64,000 nucleotides of DNA from an uncultured delta proteobacterium (lineage in GTDB: Bacteria > Desulfobacterota > WTBG01): assembly GCA_963793865.1 (NCBI GenBank), contig CAWCBP010000001.1, positions 480,001 to 544,000 on the forward strand, in the 5' to 3' direction. Positions 22,492 through 32,733 of this stretch are shown piece after piece. The notes beneath the pieces are model-generated. The model saw only the letters and a list, made by a program, of their open reading frames with translations. It did no database searches and was not told the origin of the DNA. Each line of letters starts with the position of its first letter. Position 1 is the stretch's first letter. The translations under genes and the position numbers were made by a program.

Positions 22492-23466
22492 ATGGCTGCA
22501 AAAAGAGATTACTACGACATTCTGGGGGTAAAAAAAACCGCCTCGGAGGAAGAGATCAAGAAGGCCTATCGCAAGCAGGCCCTCAAGTATCATCCGGACA
22601 GGAATCAGGGCAACAAGGAGTCGGAGGAGCGGTTCAAGGAGGTGAGCGAGGCCTACGCGGTGCTCAGCGATAAGAAAAAGAAGCAGGAATATGATGCCGT
22701 GGGATACTCGGGATTTCACCGCCGCTACAGCCAGGAGGACATTTTCAGAGGCTTTGATATCGGCGACCTGTTCAAGGATTCCGGCTTGGGGACGGAGGAC
22801 ATTTTCAGCACCCTCTTCGGCGGAGGCAGGAGAACGTCGAAAACGGTCAACTTCCAGGATTTCTTCAATGCATACGGCCGTGACGCGGGCGGGGGCCCCT
22901 TTTCGGGAGCTGCGGGAGGCCGCTACTACAGTCCGCCCCAGAAGGGTGCGGACGCCATCTACGACCTGTCCATAACCCTGGAGGAGGCCGCCGCCGGCAC
23001 CTCCAAGCAGATCGCCTTCCGGGACGAAGACGAAACCCTGAACAGGGTGAACATCAAGATTCCCCCCGGCATCAGCACCGGGAAAAAGCTGAGAATCGCG
23101 GGTAAGGGACAGCGCGGATCGGAGGGGGGCCAGCACGGCGATTTGTATATCAGGATAACCGTGCTCGATCATCCCCTCTTCAAGCGGGAGGGGAGCGATC
23201 TCTATTGTGACAAGGAGATTCAGTTCACCCAGGCGGCACTGGGGTCCACCATAGAGGTGCCCACCCTGGAAGGCGCGACGCGGAAGGTGAAAGTCCCGGC
23301 AGGCACGCAAAGCCACAGCAGGATCAGGTTGCGGGGATACGGTCTTCCCCACTTTCAGGGAAAGGGAAAGGGCGATCTCTACGTGCGGATGGTGGTGAAG
23401 GTCCCCGCCAGGTTCGACAGGCATCAGCGCGGCCTGCTTGAGGAGCTGGCGAAGGAAGGCATCTGA
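22492..23466 (+). CDS. DnaJ-class co-chaperone lacking zinc finger (CbpA/DnaJ2 type)
   Basis: [12 protein letters not shown] motif, G/F-rich linker and C-terminal DnaJ domain; no CxxCxGxG repeats. Confidence 0.88.
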   Translation: MAAKRDYYDILGVKKTASEEEIKKAYRKQALKYHPDRNQGNKESEERFKEVSEAYAVLSDKKKKQEYDAVGYSGFHRRYSQEDIFRGFDIGDLFKDSGLGTEDIFSTLFGGGRRTSKTVNFQDFFNAYGRDAGGGPFSGAAGGRYYSPPQKGADAIYDLSITLEEAAAGTSKQIAFRDEDETLNRVNIKIPPGISTGKKLRIAGKGQRGSEGGQHGDLYIRITVLDHPLFKREGSDLYCDKEIQFTQAALGSTIEVPTLEGATRKVKVPAGTQSHSRIRLRGYGLPHFQGKGKGDLYVRMVVKVPARFDRHQRGLLEELAKEGI

Positions 23467-23528
23467 GAAGACTTCGCGGTGATGGAAGATGATGGGATAT
23501 GCAGACGGGGGCAGCCGCGGGCCGCCCC

Positions 23529-23870
23529 TTATTTTTTCATGAAGCCGAATTTGACCTTCTGCTCCTCGCCGTTCTGGCCTCCATTGCCGGGCATTCCCCC
23601 GTCCATCTGCTTCTTGAGCCGGTGAACGGTGAGGGTCAATTCCTGCATCGATTTTTCCCTTTCCTTAATGGTGGCCTCGTATGTGCCCGCCTGCTCAAGC
23701 AGCTGCTTGAGCGCCTGGTCCCGGGCCTGCAGCTCCTCTTTCAGACCGCTGATGATGTTTTCCAGCTCCGCCACTTTGGACTGGTGGCTTTTCATGGCCT
23801 CATCGTAATATCGTTTCTGGTCAAGGTATTTCTGAATGATTGAGAAGTCAGCGTAGGATTCCTGTGCCAT
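23529..23870 (-). CDS. Coiled-coil hypothetical protein
   Basis: Heptad-rich E/K/Q sequence; GGAG RBS; directly downstream of the PilT-family gene. Confidence 0.6.
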   Translation of the reverse strand: MAQESYADFSIIQKYLDQKRYYDEAMKSHQSKVAELENIISGLKEELQARDQALKQLLEQAGTYEATIKEREKSMQELTLTVHRLKKQMDGGMPGNGGQNGEEQKVKFGFMKK

Positions 23871-23906
23871 GGTTTTTCTCCGTACCGCGGTGATCTCGCA
23901 ATACCG

Positions 23907-25004
23907 TTAATTGGCGGAGCGGATGCCGCCCAGTTCGTCGATGCCCAGCTGCTCGCGCATGAGGTCGAACTCGCTCTGCCGCAGGGTGGAGCTGAGCGCC
24001 TCGTCAAGATTGATCATCTTGTTGGCAAGCAGCGCCAGCAGGGACTGCTCAAGCGACTGCATGCCGTAGTGGACCACCGATTTTTCAATCTGCTCCAGTA
24101 TTTCCTTGTACTGGTTGTGGGCGATCATTTTTTTTATGGCGGCGGTGGCGATGAGTATCTCCACCGCGGGGATTCTTCCCGCCGCGTCCACCCGGTTAAT
24201 CAGCCTCTGGGAGATGGCGCCGATGAGCACGCTGGCCAGCTGAAGCTTGACCTGGTTTTGCTGATCGTTGGGGAATATGTCGATGATGCGGGAAACCGCC
24301 TCATAGGTGTTGTTGGCGTGCATGGTGCTGAAGATGAGATGCCCGGTTTCCGCGGCATTCATGGCGATGGAGGTGGTTTCAATGTCCCGCATCTCCCCGA
24401 TGAGGATGACATCGGGGTCCTGCCTGAGCGCGTCCTTGAGGGCGTGGGCAAAGCTCGGGGTGTCGATTCCCACTTCCCGCTGGCTGATGATGGAGTTCTC
24501 GTTTTTAAAGAGGTACTCGATGGGATCTTCGATGGTGACGATGTGCAGGCTGTTGGTTTGATTGATAAGCTGGACCATGGCGGCCAGGGTTGATGATTTT
24601 CCGCAGCCGGTCGGCCCGGTGACGATCACCAGCCCCTGGGGCTTGGTGCAGAAGTTTTTTATTACCTGGGGAAGATTGAGGGACTCGATGGTCGGGATAT
24701 CAAAGGGTATATTCCTGAAGACCAGCGAGGTGGTGCCGCGCTGGCGGAAGATGTTCACCCTGAACCTGCCCACGCCCGGAACGGAATACGCCGTGTCGAT
24801 GGAAAATTTTTGCTGAAATTTCTTTTTCAGGTTGTCATTCAAAATGGTTTCCGCCATGGCATCAATTTCTTCGCTGGACAACGGGGAATGGTCGCCCCGG
24901 CAGAGGTTGCCGTCGATGCGCATGATGGGAGGCAGCATGGAACGGATGTGCAGGTCCGATGCGTTTTTTTGCTTTATCTCGGTCAGAAGCGTGGTTAAGA
25001 GCAT
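23907..25004 (-). CDS. PilT/PilU-family type IV pilus ATPase
   Basis: ASDLH, RFRVNIF, GPTGCGKS, TIEDPIE, ALRQDPD, GEMRD and AETGH motifs. Confidence 0.88.
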   Translation of the reverse strand: MLLTTLLTEIKQKNASDLHIRSMLPPIMRIDGNLCRGDHSPLSSEEIDAMAETILNDNLKKKFQQKFSIDTAYSVPGVGRFRVNIFRQRGTTSLVFRNIPFDIPTIESLNLPQVIKNFCTKPQGLVIVTGPTGCGKSSTLAAMVQLINQTNSLHIVTIEDPIEYLFKNENSIISQREVGIDTPSFAHALKDALRQDPDVILIGEMRDIETTSIAMNAAETGHLIFSTMHANNTYEAVSRIIDIFPNDQQNQVKLQLASVLIGAISQRLINRVDAAGRIPAVEILIATAAIKKMIAHNQYKEILEQIEKSVVHYGMQSLEQSLLALLANKMINLDEALSSTLRQSEFDLMREQLGIDELGGIRSAN

Positions 25005-25175
25005 AGGCAGTTTCTTACAGATGGTCTGTGCAAATGGCCTCTTGTATGGTTCGCGGCCGGACGCCGGTACACTTTCATGGGCCGGTTCCGGCATGCATGC
25101 TACCTAATTGTATCGGAGACTCCATAAATAACTTTAGCAAAACCGGCTGTTTTAATACGAAAATAAGGTCTGCGT

Positions 25176-25205
25176 TGTAGGGGCGACCGGCCGGTCGCCC
25201 CTACA
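25176..25205. repeat. REP-like perfect palindrome, copy 1
   Basis: TGTAGGGGCGACCGGCCGGTCGCCCCTACA is a perfect 30-bp palindrome with GTAG ends. Confidence 0.85.
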
Positions 25206-25218
25206 TTCGAATCCCATA

Positions 25219-25247
25219 CCGGATCCCCGCTTTCGCGGGGATGCCGG
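25219..25247. repeat. Second REP-like hairpin
   Basis: ATCCCCGC-TTTC-GCGGGGAT stem-loop. Confidence 0.55.
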
Positions 25248-25473
25248 TCGGTGAAAGGGAATTCAGTCCTTCCCACACCCCCCATCCGGTTCTAATAAAG
25301 TGCACACCCCGAAAGCATTAAAGTATTAACCCCATGCTGTCGATAACAGTGAGTGCACAATATAATACCATTTCCTGACCATGCATACGCCGCCTTACCC
25401 GGTTACTTCTTTAATCAAACGGCTGCAGTTGACGTCCTGACCTCAGGCTTTGGAAGCTTGCCAAGGGGAGCAC

Positions 25474-26976
25474 ATGAAAGGGAAGAACAAGTTTAACGAT
25501 CCCAGGCTGCAATTTATTTCCAATATTTCATCCCTGGTGACCTCGGTTTTTGACCTGGACCACCTGCTGGGAATGATCATTGAATCCGCCACCGAGGTGA
25601 TGAAAGCCCGGGCCAGTTCGCTGCTGCTGCTTGATAAAAAAACCGATACGCTCTACTTCCAGGTCGCCACCGGGGAAAAGAGCGATGACGTGAAGAAATT
25701 TGAAGTCGGCCTGGGTGAAGGCATCGCGGGATACGTGGCAAAAACGGGCAAGCCGCTGCTGGTGGAGGATGTCAGCACGGATGCCCTGTGGGATAAGAAG
25801 ATAAGCGAGTCCATCGGCTTTGATACCACATCCATTGCCTGCGTCCCCATGAAGATCGGTGAGGAAGTGATCGGCGTGGTTGAAATTATTGACCGGGAGG
25901 ACGGCAATCCCATCCGGCGGGAGGACATGGAAATGCTGGAGGCCTTTGCCAACCTGGCGGCGCTGGCCATCGTCAAGGCAAAGGAGTATCGCAAGGTCAT
26001 TGATGAAAATGCAGGCCTCAAAAATCAGCTGGAGATGAAATACCGGATTGTGGGAGAGAGCAAGGAGATACAGAAGGTGATTACCGACGCCCTCAAGGTG
26101 GCCAATTCCAAGACCACCGTCTTGATTGAAGGGGAGAGCGGGACGGGCAAGGAGCTGCTGGCGCGCCTGATCCACCGGTCCGGGCAGCGCCGGGACCAGC
26201 CCTTCGTGATTGTCAACTGCGGCGCCCTTCCCGAAACCCTTTTGGAGGCCGAGCTCTTCGGCCATGAAAAGGGTTCCTTCACCGGCGCGCTCTACAAGAA
26301 GATCGGGCTGTTTGAGACCGCCGACGGCGGCACCATATTCCTCGACGAAATCGGCGAGATGAGCCAGACCATGCAGGTGAAGCTGCTGCGGGTCCTCCAG
26401 GAAGGCAGCTTCAACCGCATCGGCAGCTCCGTGCCCATAACCGTTGATGTCAGGGTTGTCTCCGCGACCAACAAGCAGTTAAATAAGATGACCAGGGAAG
26501 GCAAGTTCCGCGAGGACCTGTTTTACCGGCTCAACGTGATCCAGTTGAAGATTCCTCCGCTCCGGGAGCGCCGGGAGGACATTGGCGTGCTGGCGCACTA
26601 CTTCCTGCGCAAGTATACCAGCGAGCGGGGCCTGCGCAAGCTGGAGTTCTCATCGGAAGCCATGAAGGCAATTTTGAGCTACGACTGGCCGGGGAATGTG
26701 CGCGAGCTTGAAAATGCCATCGAGCGGGCGGTGGTGATGGGCGACGGGGAAAAGATCGGCGTTGCGGACCTGCCCATCGGCAAAACCGATTCAGGACTGC
26801 AGAGCGGGGTGGAGGTGGGGATGACCCTGAAAGAGGCTCAGGATATTTTCAAAAAGGAGTTTTTGACCAAGACCCTGGCCTACACCCACGGCAACCGGAA
26901 AAAGGCTGCCGATATCATGGGGATTCAGCGCACCTATCTCTCCCGGTTGATCAGTGAATTCAATTTGCGGCTGTGA
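25474..26976 (+). CDS. GAF-domain sigma-54-dependent transcriptional activator
   Basis: N-terminal [17 protein letters not shown] (GAFTGA variant), [14 protein letters not shown] and Fis HTH. Confidence 0.92.
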   Translation: MKGKNKFNDPRLQFISNISSLVTSVFDLDHLLGMIIESATEVMKARASSLLLLDKKTDTLYFQVATGEKSDDVKKFEVGLGEGIAGYVAKTGKPLLVEDVSTDALWDKKISESIGFDTTSIACVPMKIGEEVIGVVEIIDREDGNPIRREDMEMLEAFANLAALAIVKAKEYRKVIDENAGLKNQLEMKYRIVGESKEIQKVITDALKVANSKTTVLIEGESGTGKELLARLIHRSGQRRDQPFVIVNCGALPETLLEAELFGHEKGSFTGALYKKIGLFETADGGTIFLDEIGEMSQTMQVKLLRVLQEGSFNRIGSSVPITVDVRVVSATNKQLNKMTREGKFREDLFYRLNVIQLKIPPLRERREDIGVLAHYFLRKYTSERGLRKLEFSSEAMKAILSYDWPGNVRELENAIERAVVMGDGEKIGVADLPIGKTDSGLQSGVEVGMTLKEAQDIFKKEFLTKTLAYTHGNRKKAADIMGIQRTYLSRLISEFNLRL

Positions 26977-27003
26977 CGACAGGCAGCGGCGGGCACCCGT
27001 CAA

Positions 27004-27282
27004 TCATTCGTCAATGGAAAACGCGCAGATGGATAAAGCGATGACGATCAGGGCATTGATCGCCCCGGTGATGAAAAAAAACAATGCCGCGTAGTTGAAC
27101 TGGAATGACTGGTGGACGAACTTATCATAGTTGTACACGTATCCCCAGTACATGGCAAAAAGTATGGCGGCTAACAGCCCGGCGGCATATTTTTTAAAGC
27201 CCAGGCAGGATATCATAATAATGATCAGTACCACCATCTGCCACAGCGGGATTTCGAGTACGATATCGGTAGTGAGTTCCAT
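27004..27282 (-). CDS. Small three-TM hypothetical protein
   Basis: Hydrophobic 92-aa ORF with GGGAGGGG RBS. Confidence 0.6.
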   Translation of the reverse strand: MELTTDIVLEIPLWQMVVLIIIMISCLGFKKYAAGLLAAILFAMYWGYVYNYDKFVHQSFQFNYAALFFFITGAINALIVIALSICAFSIDE

Positions 27283-27404
27283 GACAATGCCCCTCCCTGA
27301 CCTATACACAGCCTAAGCCTCAGCATGGTGCCCGCCGGCCGTGCGCAGTCTCTTTCACCGCTTACGATCCAGACATATCCCGAACAATGATGCATAAATA
27401 TATT

Positions 27405-27420
27405 TGCAAGCTCTGTGCCA
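27405..27420 (-). promoter_or_regulatory. Sigma-54 (-24/-12) promoter
   Basis: Minus strand reads TGGCACAGAGCTTGCA, an exact TGGCAC-N5-TTGC match ~120 bp upstream of the small membrane gene. Confidence 0.75.
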
Positions 27421-27596
27421 GGCGGCACGCGGCTGCCGGAAGCATAATCCTCGTGCGCATCAATGATACGCCCCGATAGTATGGCTACCTGGTATATAAA
27501 AGTGCAATGAATGAAAAAAATGAGTATACAACCGTGAGCCGGTCCGGTGAGACGATAAGGATTGAGTGCCCCGGGGAGAAAAGATTGGCGGGAGGT

Positions 27597-28516
27597 TTAT
27601 TGCCGACTCTTGAAAAAATCAACCGTGTGCCTGAGCCCTTCGGTGAGTGGCATGGTCGGCGCCCAGCCCAGAACGGCACGGGCCTTTTGTAGGAGAGGAC
27701 GCTGCGCAGCTGCTCGCCGGGCATGGCCGGTCCGTGCACCTCGGGGGTGCCGGGAGCCACTAATGATCTGATCTCATTGAAAATGGTATTGATGGATGTC
27801 TCTACGCCGGTGCCGATATTTATTTCACCGGTCACCTCATGCTGTAATGCCAGCAGATTGGCCCGGGCAACATCACCCACGTAGACAAAATCCCTGGTCT
27901 GATTGCCGTCTCCATTAATGACCGGCTGATCGCCCTTCAGCATGCGCTGACAGAATATGGCCACAACCCCGGCCTCGCCGAAGGGATCCTGCCGCGGGCC
28001 ATAGACATTGGCATAGCGGAGTACCGTGTAGGGAAGACGGTGGGTGGAAAAATAAAAGAAAAGGTATTTCTCCACGCTCAGCTTGGCGATGGCGTAAGGG
28101 CTGAGCGGACGGGTGGGGTGATTTTCATCCGCGGGGAAATAGTCCTGTTCCCCGTACAGCGCCCCGCCGGTGGATGAAAAAATAATCTTTTTAACCTGAT
28201 AGTCCTTACAGTGCTCAAGCAGCATGAGGGAACCTTTAATATTTATTTCCATATCGCGCAGGGGATCTTTGACTGAATCTCTCACCGAGATCTGGGCCGC
28301 GTGGTGGATCACCACTTCGGGTTTTTCTTCCCTGATGATGCCGACAAGCGCTTGGTCGAGGATGCTTACATGGTAGAAGGCGGCACGGGGATTTATATTT
28401 TCCCTCTTGCCGTTAGAAAGGTCGTCGACGATGACTACGGCATGACCGTTTTCTATCAGCAGATCTGCAACGTGGGAGGCGATAAAGCCCGCCCCGCCGG
28501 TAATGACAATTTTCAT
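27597..28516 (-). CDS. NAD-dependent epimerase/dehydratase (GalE-like; frameshift near 27686)
   Basis: TGGAGFIA, STGGALYG, YAIAK, RYANVYGPRQ and TRDFVYV. The true C-terminus (…AVLGWAPTMPLTEGLRHTVDFFKSRQ*) is in a shifted frame. Confidence 0.85.
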
Positions 28517-28798
28517 GCTTAACTCCTTGAAGTATTGCGGGCCTGGCGACAGCACATCCCCAAACGCCATGGTATTACATGGACTTCTTCTATCATAGAT
28601 GCGGCGGGAATAAAAGCAGTTTTTATTTTAACAGCAGCCCCGTCTTGTTTTCCGTGAAAATCATTCTCATTCCCCCGCGACGAGTCTTAAGGCGATCATA
28701 CACCCTGCGCCCGGCCATAAGCAGGTTAAAGTTTTCATGTTATTCTTCCGAAGAACAGGTGCAGGTGGAGTCCTTTTGACCGGGATGCACCGGTGATG

Positions 28799-28849
28799 AG
28801 ACGCTTCGCGGATCCTGCCCTGCGGGCAAACGAAGGGCTCCGAATGACA
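28799..28849. repeat. Remnant half of a palindromic repeat
   Basis: AGACGCTTCGC...GCTCCGAATGACA ends in AATGAC like the right end of the 11982 element. Confidence 0.3.
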
Positions 28850-28936
28850 TGCGAAGGGCATGGAAGGACAATCGCAGGAGTGGGGCACCTTTCATGTCAC
28901 GCAACGCAATTAACACTATAGGTGAGGTGAGGAACA

Positions 28937-29755
28937 GTGGGTAAAAGCCATGGTGGCGTAGTTGTGAGCGCTCTGTTCATTGTACTGCTTTTTATGAATT
29001 CCGTTCACGCGCAGTCTCCCAATCCAAGTTATCCTACGCCTGAGGATGGAGCTTCGGATCAGTCCCTCTTTGCCACACTTGCGTGGTGGGAAAGTGAATC
29101 CCGGGAGCGCGTGGAGGGGATCATTCGTCAGAGCGTCTATTTTTCCCAGGATCCTGCGCAGGTTGAGGAGGAAAGCTTCAGCGCGCTCGTCTGCGACAAT
29201 CTGCGTGTTCCCTACTGTGACCCGAACCGGGGAAGCGGCCAGCTCAGCCCCGACACGACCTATTACTGGAAGGTGCGTGTGGTCGATGAATACAGCCAAA
29301 GCACGCCAGTCCACAGTGACATCTGGAGCTTTACCACCGCAACGGCCGAGCCGCCATTTCCCTGTTTTACTTCCCTTGCGCTGCCGTTGACGGGGGCGGA
29401 TATGGGTGCCTTGCGAAGGGTTCGGGACGAGGTGCTCGCCGCGACTCCTGAGGGGAGACAGTTGATCGATATTTATTATTCTCCCCATGCCGTTGAAGCG
29501 CTGGTGATCTCCTTCTTCAACCCGCGGGCGAGGGTAGCAGCGTACAGCCTGGTTAAAGAAGCACTGCCCGCAATACAGTCCCGGCTCAGGGGAGAACGGG
29601 CCGTCATCGAAAGCGGTACGCGTGCCCATGCTGATGCGATGCTGGCATTGTTTGAACGGGAAGCCTCGCCTGAGTTTAAGAAGATCATTGCAGGCCTGCG
29701 GGAAAGTTTCATGCAGGGATCGCTGATTGAGAAATTAGGATTTTCGCAGAAGTAG
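28937..29755 (+). CDS. Exported protein with FN3-like domain and CFI-box-CTERM-like C-terminal domain
   Basis: Signal peptide; TTYYWKV...WSFTT; then PCF...LRRVRDEVL...GRQLIDIYY. Confidence 0.55.
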   Translation: MGKSHGGVVVSALFIVLLFMNSVHAQSPNPSYPTPEDGASDQSLFATLAWWESESRERVEGIIRQSVYFSQDPAQVEEESFSALVCDNLRVPYCDPNRGSGQLSPDTTYYWKVRVVDEYSQSTPVHSDIWSFTTATAEPPFPCFTSLALPLTGADMGALRRVRDEVLAATPEGRQLIDIYYSPHAVEALVISFFNPRARVAAYSLVKEALPAIQSRLRGERAVIESGTRAHADAMLALFEREASPEFKKIIAGLRESFMQGSLIEKLGFSQK

Positions 29756-29833
29756 TAATTTCGGTTAGAAAATAGCTTATTGGGGGACGCGCTCACCGTA
29801 ACCCCTCCCCCGGTCGGGAGCGGGCAATTGACA

Positions 29834-29884
29834 ATTTTCATGCATGGTGGTGCCCCCCAAGGCCATGGGGGTTTACATGAAAAT
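29834..29884. repeat. Palindromic element ATTTTCATG...CATGAAAAT
   Basis: 9-bp terminal inverted repeat enclosing a CCCC...GGGG hairpin; abuts REP copy 2. Confidence 0.45.
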
Positions 29885-29895
29885 AAAGATTGTTT

Positions 29896-29918
29896 GTAGG
29901 GGCGACCGGCCGGTCGCC
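29896..29918. repeat. REP-like palindrome, copy 2 (truncated)
   Basis: GTAGGGGCGACCGGCCGGTCGCC identical to copy 1. Confidence 0.8.
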
Positions 29919-29919
29919 T

Positions 29920-31071
29920 TTAATATTTGAAAAAATATTCATGTCCCTGCGTGAGCATCTCAGCCCCTTGCCGGGTCAATTCCCGTAAGGCCTTCATCAT
30001 GTCCTCCCGGTCCGGGGGACATCCGCCGACCCGGGGTTCAGTCTCCGCGCTGTTTGACGCGCACTCTCCGATGGTGATCATCGCTCCGCCTGCGGTGACC
30101 GGGGTTGTACCCAGCGCAACGGTAAGGGGATGTTTGAACACCCGGTTTTCCTGAGCCAGCTGGCGGAGGGCTGAAAACAGGGGAATGATGCATCCGCTGC
30201 AGGCTGTATCCTCCCCCCGGATTGTAAGATCGGGGAATGTCTTCCCGAGCCACTCTGAGGGAAGCTCATAATGCATCTTCAGTCCCTTGATATCATCCCC
30301 TCTGATATCGATCTCCGCAAGACGCATCTCTCCCAATCCCGCGTGGAATGCCAGCCGGACCGTTTTTATCTCCCCGGGGCTTAAACCCATGAGCGCGGTG
30401 CTGACGCTGTCCGCGGCCACGATATCTCTTCCTGCCAGGACAAAGGATGCCTTCTGCCCGGGCTGGGTGGTAAAGTCCACCACGTTCATGAACGGCCTGA
30501 TGATGGTGTTGAGGGCGACGACCGCGCCGTCGAGGCCAACGCGATGAAACAGCGGCTTGTCCTCCCGCTTCACAAATCCTTTGAGGTTCTTCATGGCGAT
30601 GGATACGGTGGTCAGGTAGTGCGTTTTTGGGACGGGAAGGTTAATGATCCGGTCATGCAGGAAGGCATGCTCTGAAATTTTGAATTCGGCAGGCAGGTCG
30701 GGGGAAGCGTCCTTGAAGGTACGGTAGGGGTGTTCATCAAAAAGCACCCAGGAGGCGCTGCTGCGTTCGCAGACCTCCGAGATGCCTGTTGTGGTAAAGC
30801 ATTCCCTGAGCGCATGGTCAGCGGTAAAGTAGCTTGGCCCTTCTCCCACCGTTACCGCACGCGCCCCCCGCCGATGGCAGCAGTGTATCACCGCCTCTAC
30901 CAGGAGAGGGCTGGTAGTCTGCCCGGTGGTGTAGGCAAGGGGCTCAAACAGGTTGGGCTTGAGCAGAATTGACTCACCGCTCAGGCTGTCAGGAAGGCCT
31001 GCACGACTCAGCAGCAGCTCCACGGCGGCAGACAGGGACTGATTTATTTTTTCTATGCAGACAAGGGACAT
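29920..31071 (-). CDS. DUF362-domain Fe-S protein
   Basis: ILLKPN, PVPKTH, AMKNLKG and DIVAAD motifs; C-terminal CSGC...GEC...GCPP. Confidence 0.75.
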   Translation of the reverse strand: MSLVCIEKINQSLSAAVELLLSRAGLPDSLSGESILLKPNLFEPLAYTTGQTTSPLLVEAVIHCCHRRGARAVTVGEGPSYFTADHALRECFTTTGISEVCERSSASWVLFDEHPYRTFKDASPDLPAEFKISEHAFLHDRIINLPVPKTHYLTTVSIAMKNLKGFVKREDKPLFHRVGLDGAVVALNTIIRPFMNVVDFTTQPGQKASFVLAGRDIVAADSVSTALMGLSPGEIKTVRLAFHAGLGEMRLAEIDIRGDDIKGLKMHYELPSEWLGKTFPDLTIRGEDTACSGCIIPLFSALRQLAQENRVFKHPLTVALGTTPVTAGGAMITIGECASNSAETEPRVGGCPPDREDMMKALRELTRQGAEMLTQGHEYFFKY

Positions 31072-31229
31072 GCTGGTTGGACCGCCGGCGTTGGGCGTGC
31101 GCATCCGCGCGCGGGCTGTTTTTTATTGACAATTGCAAGGCGATATAATAATAAAAAATTATTGGCGCAATGTAAACAATTAAACAAAGCACCCGTAGCG
31201 TGCTCCTGAGCGTAAGGAGCGTTTTATTT

Positions 31230-32102
31230 ATGAAAGCATCTTCTTGTGCCCTTCTCTTGTGCTTAAGCGCTGCCCTCTGCGGAAGGGCGATGCCCCTGCA
31301 TGCCGGGCAGAAGCCGCAGCAAAAGATAGCCATTCTTCCCCTGACCACCGGCGGGCAGGAGAATATAGGTTATATTGCCGAAGGCCTGAGGGACATGATA
31401 GCCTCGCGTGTCGCTTCCGGCTCCGGCCTGGCGGTTATTGAGCAGGCCGCGGTACAAGCAAAATATGCCGGTGCCGGCCGGGAAACCCCGTCGCTGGAAA
31501 AGGTGCGGGGGGTGGGAAAGTCGCTCGGGGCTGATTACGTGCTTTTCGGCAGCGCAGCGACGATGGGGAACGACCTGATCATCGCTGTCAACATGCTTGC
31601 CGTCTCGGGTACGGGGCCCCCCGTGCCGGTATTTTCGCAAACCCTGGGGCAGGACGAGGTGATACCCCGTCTGCAGCTCATCGCCCAGGAGGTGAGGGAT
31701 GCGGCGGCTGACGGTCTGATGGACCGGGAAGAAGACAGCCCCCCGCTGTCGCCCGCGGAAGAGCCGAAGGTGTCAGAGGGGGAGGGGAAGGCAGGCCCTG
31801 CGCCAGAGTCGGCGGCAGGCCCCGAACCCCCGATGGAAAGCTCCGATGCGGTCAAACCTGATGAACCGGGGGAAGCAGCCGCCGGCAGTGACCATGAGGG
31901 GGAGGCCGGGCAGGAAGCGGGCAGCGGCGAAGCTGTTGGTGAGAAGGGAGAACGGGAGGGAAGAATAAGGGACCTTCTGTTTAAGAAGAAGGGCGACATT
32001 AAAGCCCCCCCTGAAAACCCGGCTTATGATAAGTCAGTTGATGATCTTCAGGACGCCGCCGAACCGCAACCGAAGACGAATGAACCGTCTGCCGGGGATT
32101 GA
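31230..32102 (+). CDS. Exported protein with TolB-N/CsgG-like domain and acidic low-complexity tail
   Basis: Signal peptide; KIAILPL...GLRDMIASR...LGADYVLFGS; P/E/A-rich C-terminal half. Confidence 0.55.
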   Translation: MKASSCALLLCLSAALCGRAMPLHAGQKPQQKIAILPLTTGGQENIGYIAEGLRDMIASRVASGSGLAVIEQAAVQAKYAGAGRETPSLEKVRGVGKSLGADYVLFGSAATMGNDLIIAVNMLAVSGTGPPVPVFSQTLGQDEVIPRLQLIAQEVRDAAADGLMDREEDSPPLSPAEEPKVSEGEGKAGPAPESAAGPEPPMESSDAVKPDEPGEAAAGSDHEGEAGQEAGSGEAVGEKGEREGRIRDLLFKKKGDIKAPPENPAYDKSVDDLQDAAEPQPKTNEPSAGD

Positions 32103-32156
32103 GCACGTCTGCGGGAGCGGAGAGGCGTGAGGTATCATGGCAATTCGTTGAAATAC

Positions 32157-32233
32157 GGCGGTGTAGCTCAGGTGGTTAGAGCATGCGGCTCATATCCGCA
32201 GTGTCCGGGGTTCAAGTCCCTGCACCGCCACCA
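32157..32233 (+). tRNA. tRNA-Met (CAT), elongator type
   Basis: GGCGGTG/CACCGCC acceptor stem, TAGCTCAG..GG D-arm, TGCGG-CTCATAT-CCGCA anticodon arm, GGTTCAAGTCC T-loop and encoded CCA. Confidence 0.93.
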
Positions 32234-32489
32234 CTTTTTTCTGCTGAGCCACATGAGGGTAGGGGGGGCTGTTTTGCTTATGCGAAACGGCCTTTTTCGT
32301 CTCACCCGGGTGCGTGATCCGCGGCGGTATGCAGCTGCAGCAAAAAAGTGAAAAAAGCTTGACAGCCGCGGAACAAAAATATTATAGATACCATCTTAGT
32401 TTTTTTTTGCGCCCGGGAGCGGGCGCATAACCGGATTGCAGTGCCGAAACCTGATGAAAAGCAGGCACGGCGCTTAAAGGAGACACAGG

Positions 32490-32660
32490 GTGATTCGCAT
32501 TGACAGGGAAAAGTGTGTTGGGTGCGGCGGGTGCGTGGATCTCTGCCCCCGGACGGCCATCTGTTTTGTCAAGGACCGCGCATTCGTGGATGTGCAGCTC
32601 TGCCTGGAGTGCCGGACATGCGTGAAAGTCTGCCCGGTGAAGGCGCCGTCAGAGGTGTAG
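32490..32660 (+). CDS. 56-aa 2x[4Fe-4S] ferredoxin (missing from ORF track)
   Basis: Manual translation MIRIDREKCVGCGGCVDLCPRTAICFVKDRAFVDVQLCLECRTCVKVCPVKAPSEV*. AAGGAGA RBS, GTG start. Confidence 0.9.
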   Translation: MIRIDREKCVGCGGCVDLCPRTAICFVKDRAFVDVQLCLECRTCVKVCPVKAPSEV

Positions 32661-32733
32661 GTTTGCGGTCACGGCGATTATGAACATGGTTCATGGTTAG
32701 TGCAGGTAAACTTTTTGCAAAGGAGATGTGATT

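Noticed and set aside
32157..32233. tRNA-fMet or tRNA-Ile2 identity
   Set aside because: It has a paired G1-C72 and no three G-C pairs closing the anticodon stem, so it is not initiator. The sequence resembles recalled elongator tRNA-Met; Ile2 is not formally excluded without tRNAscan-SE.
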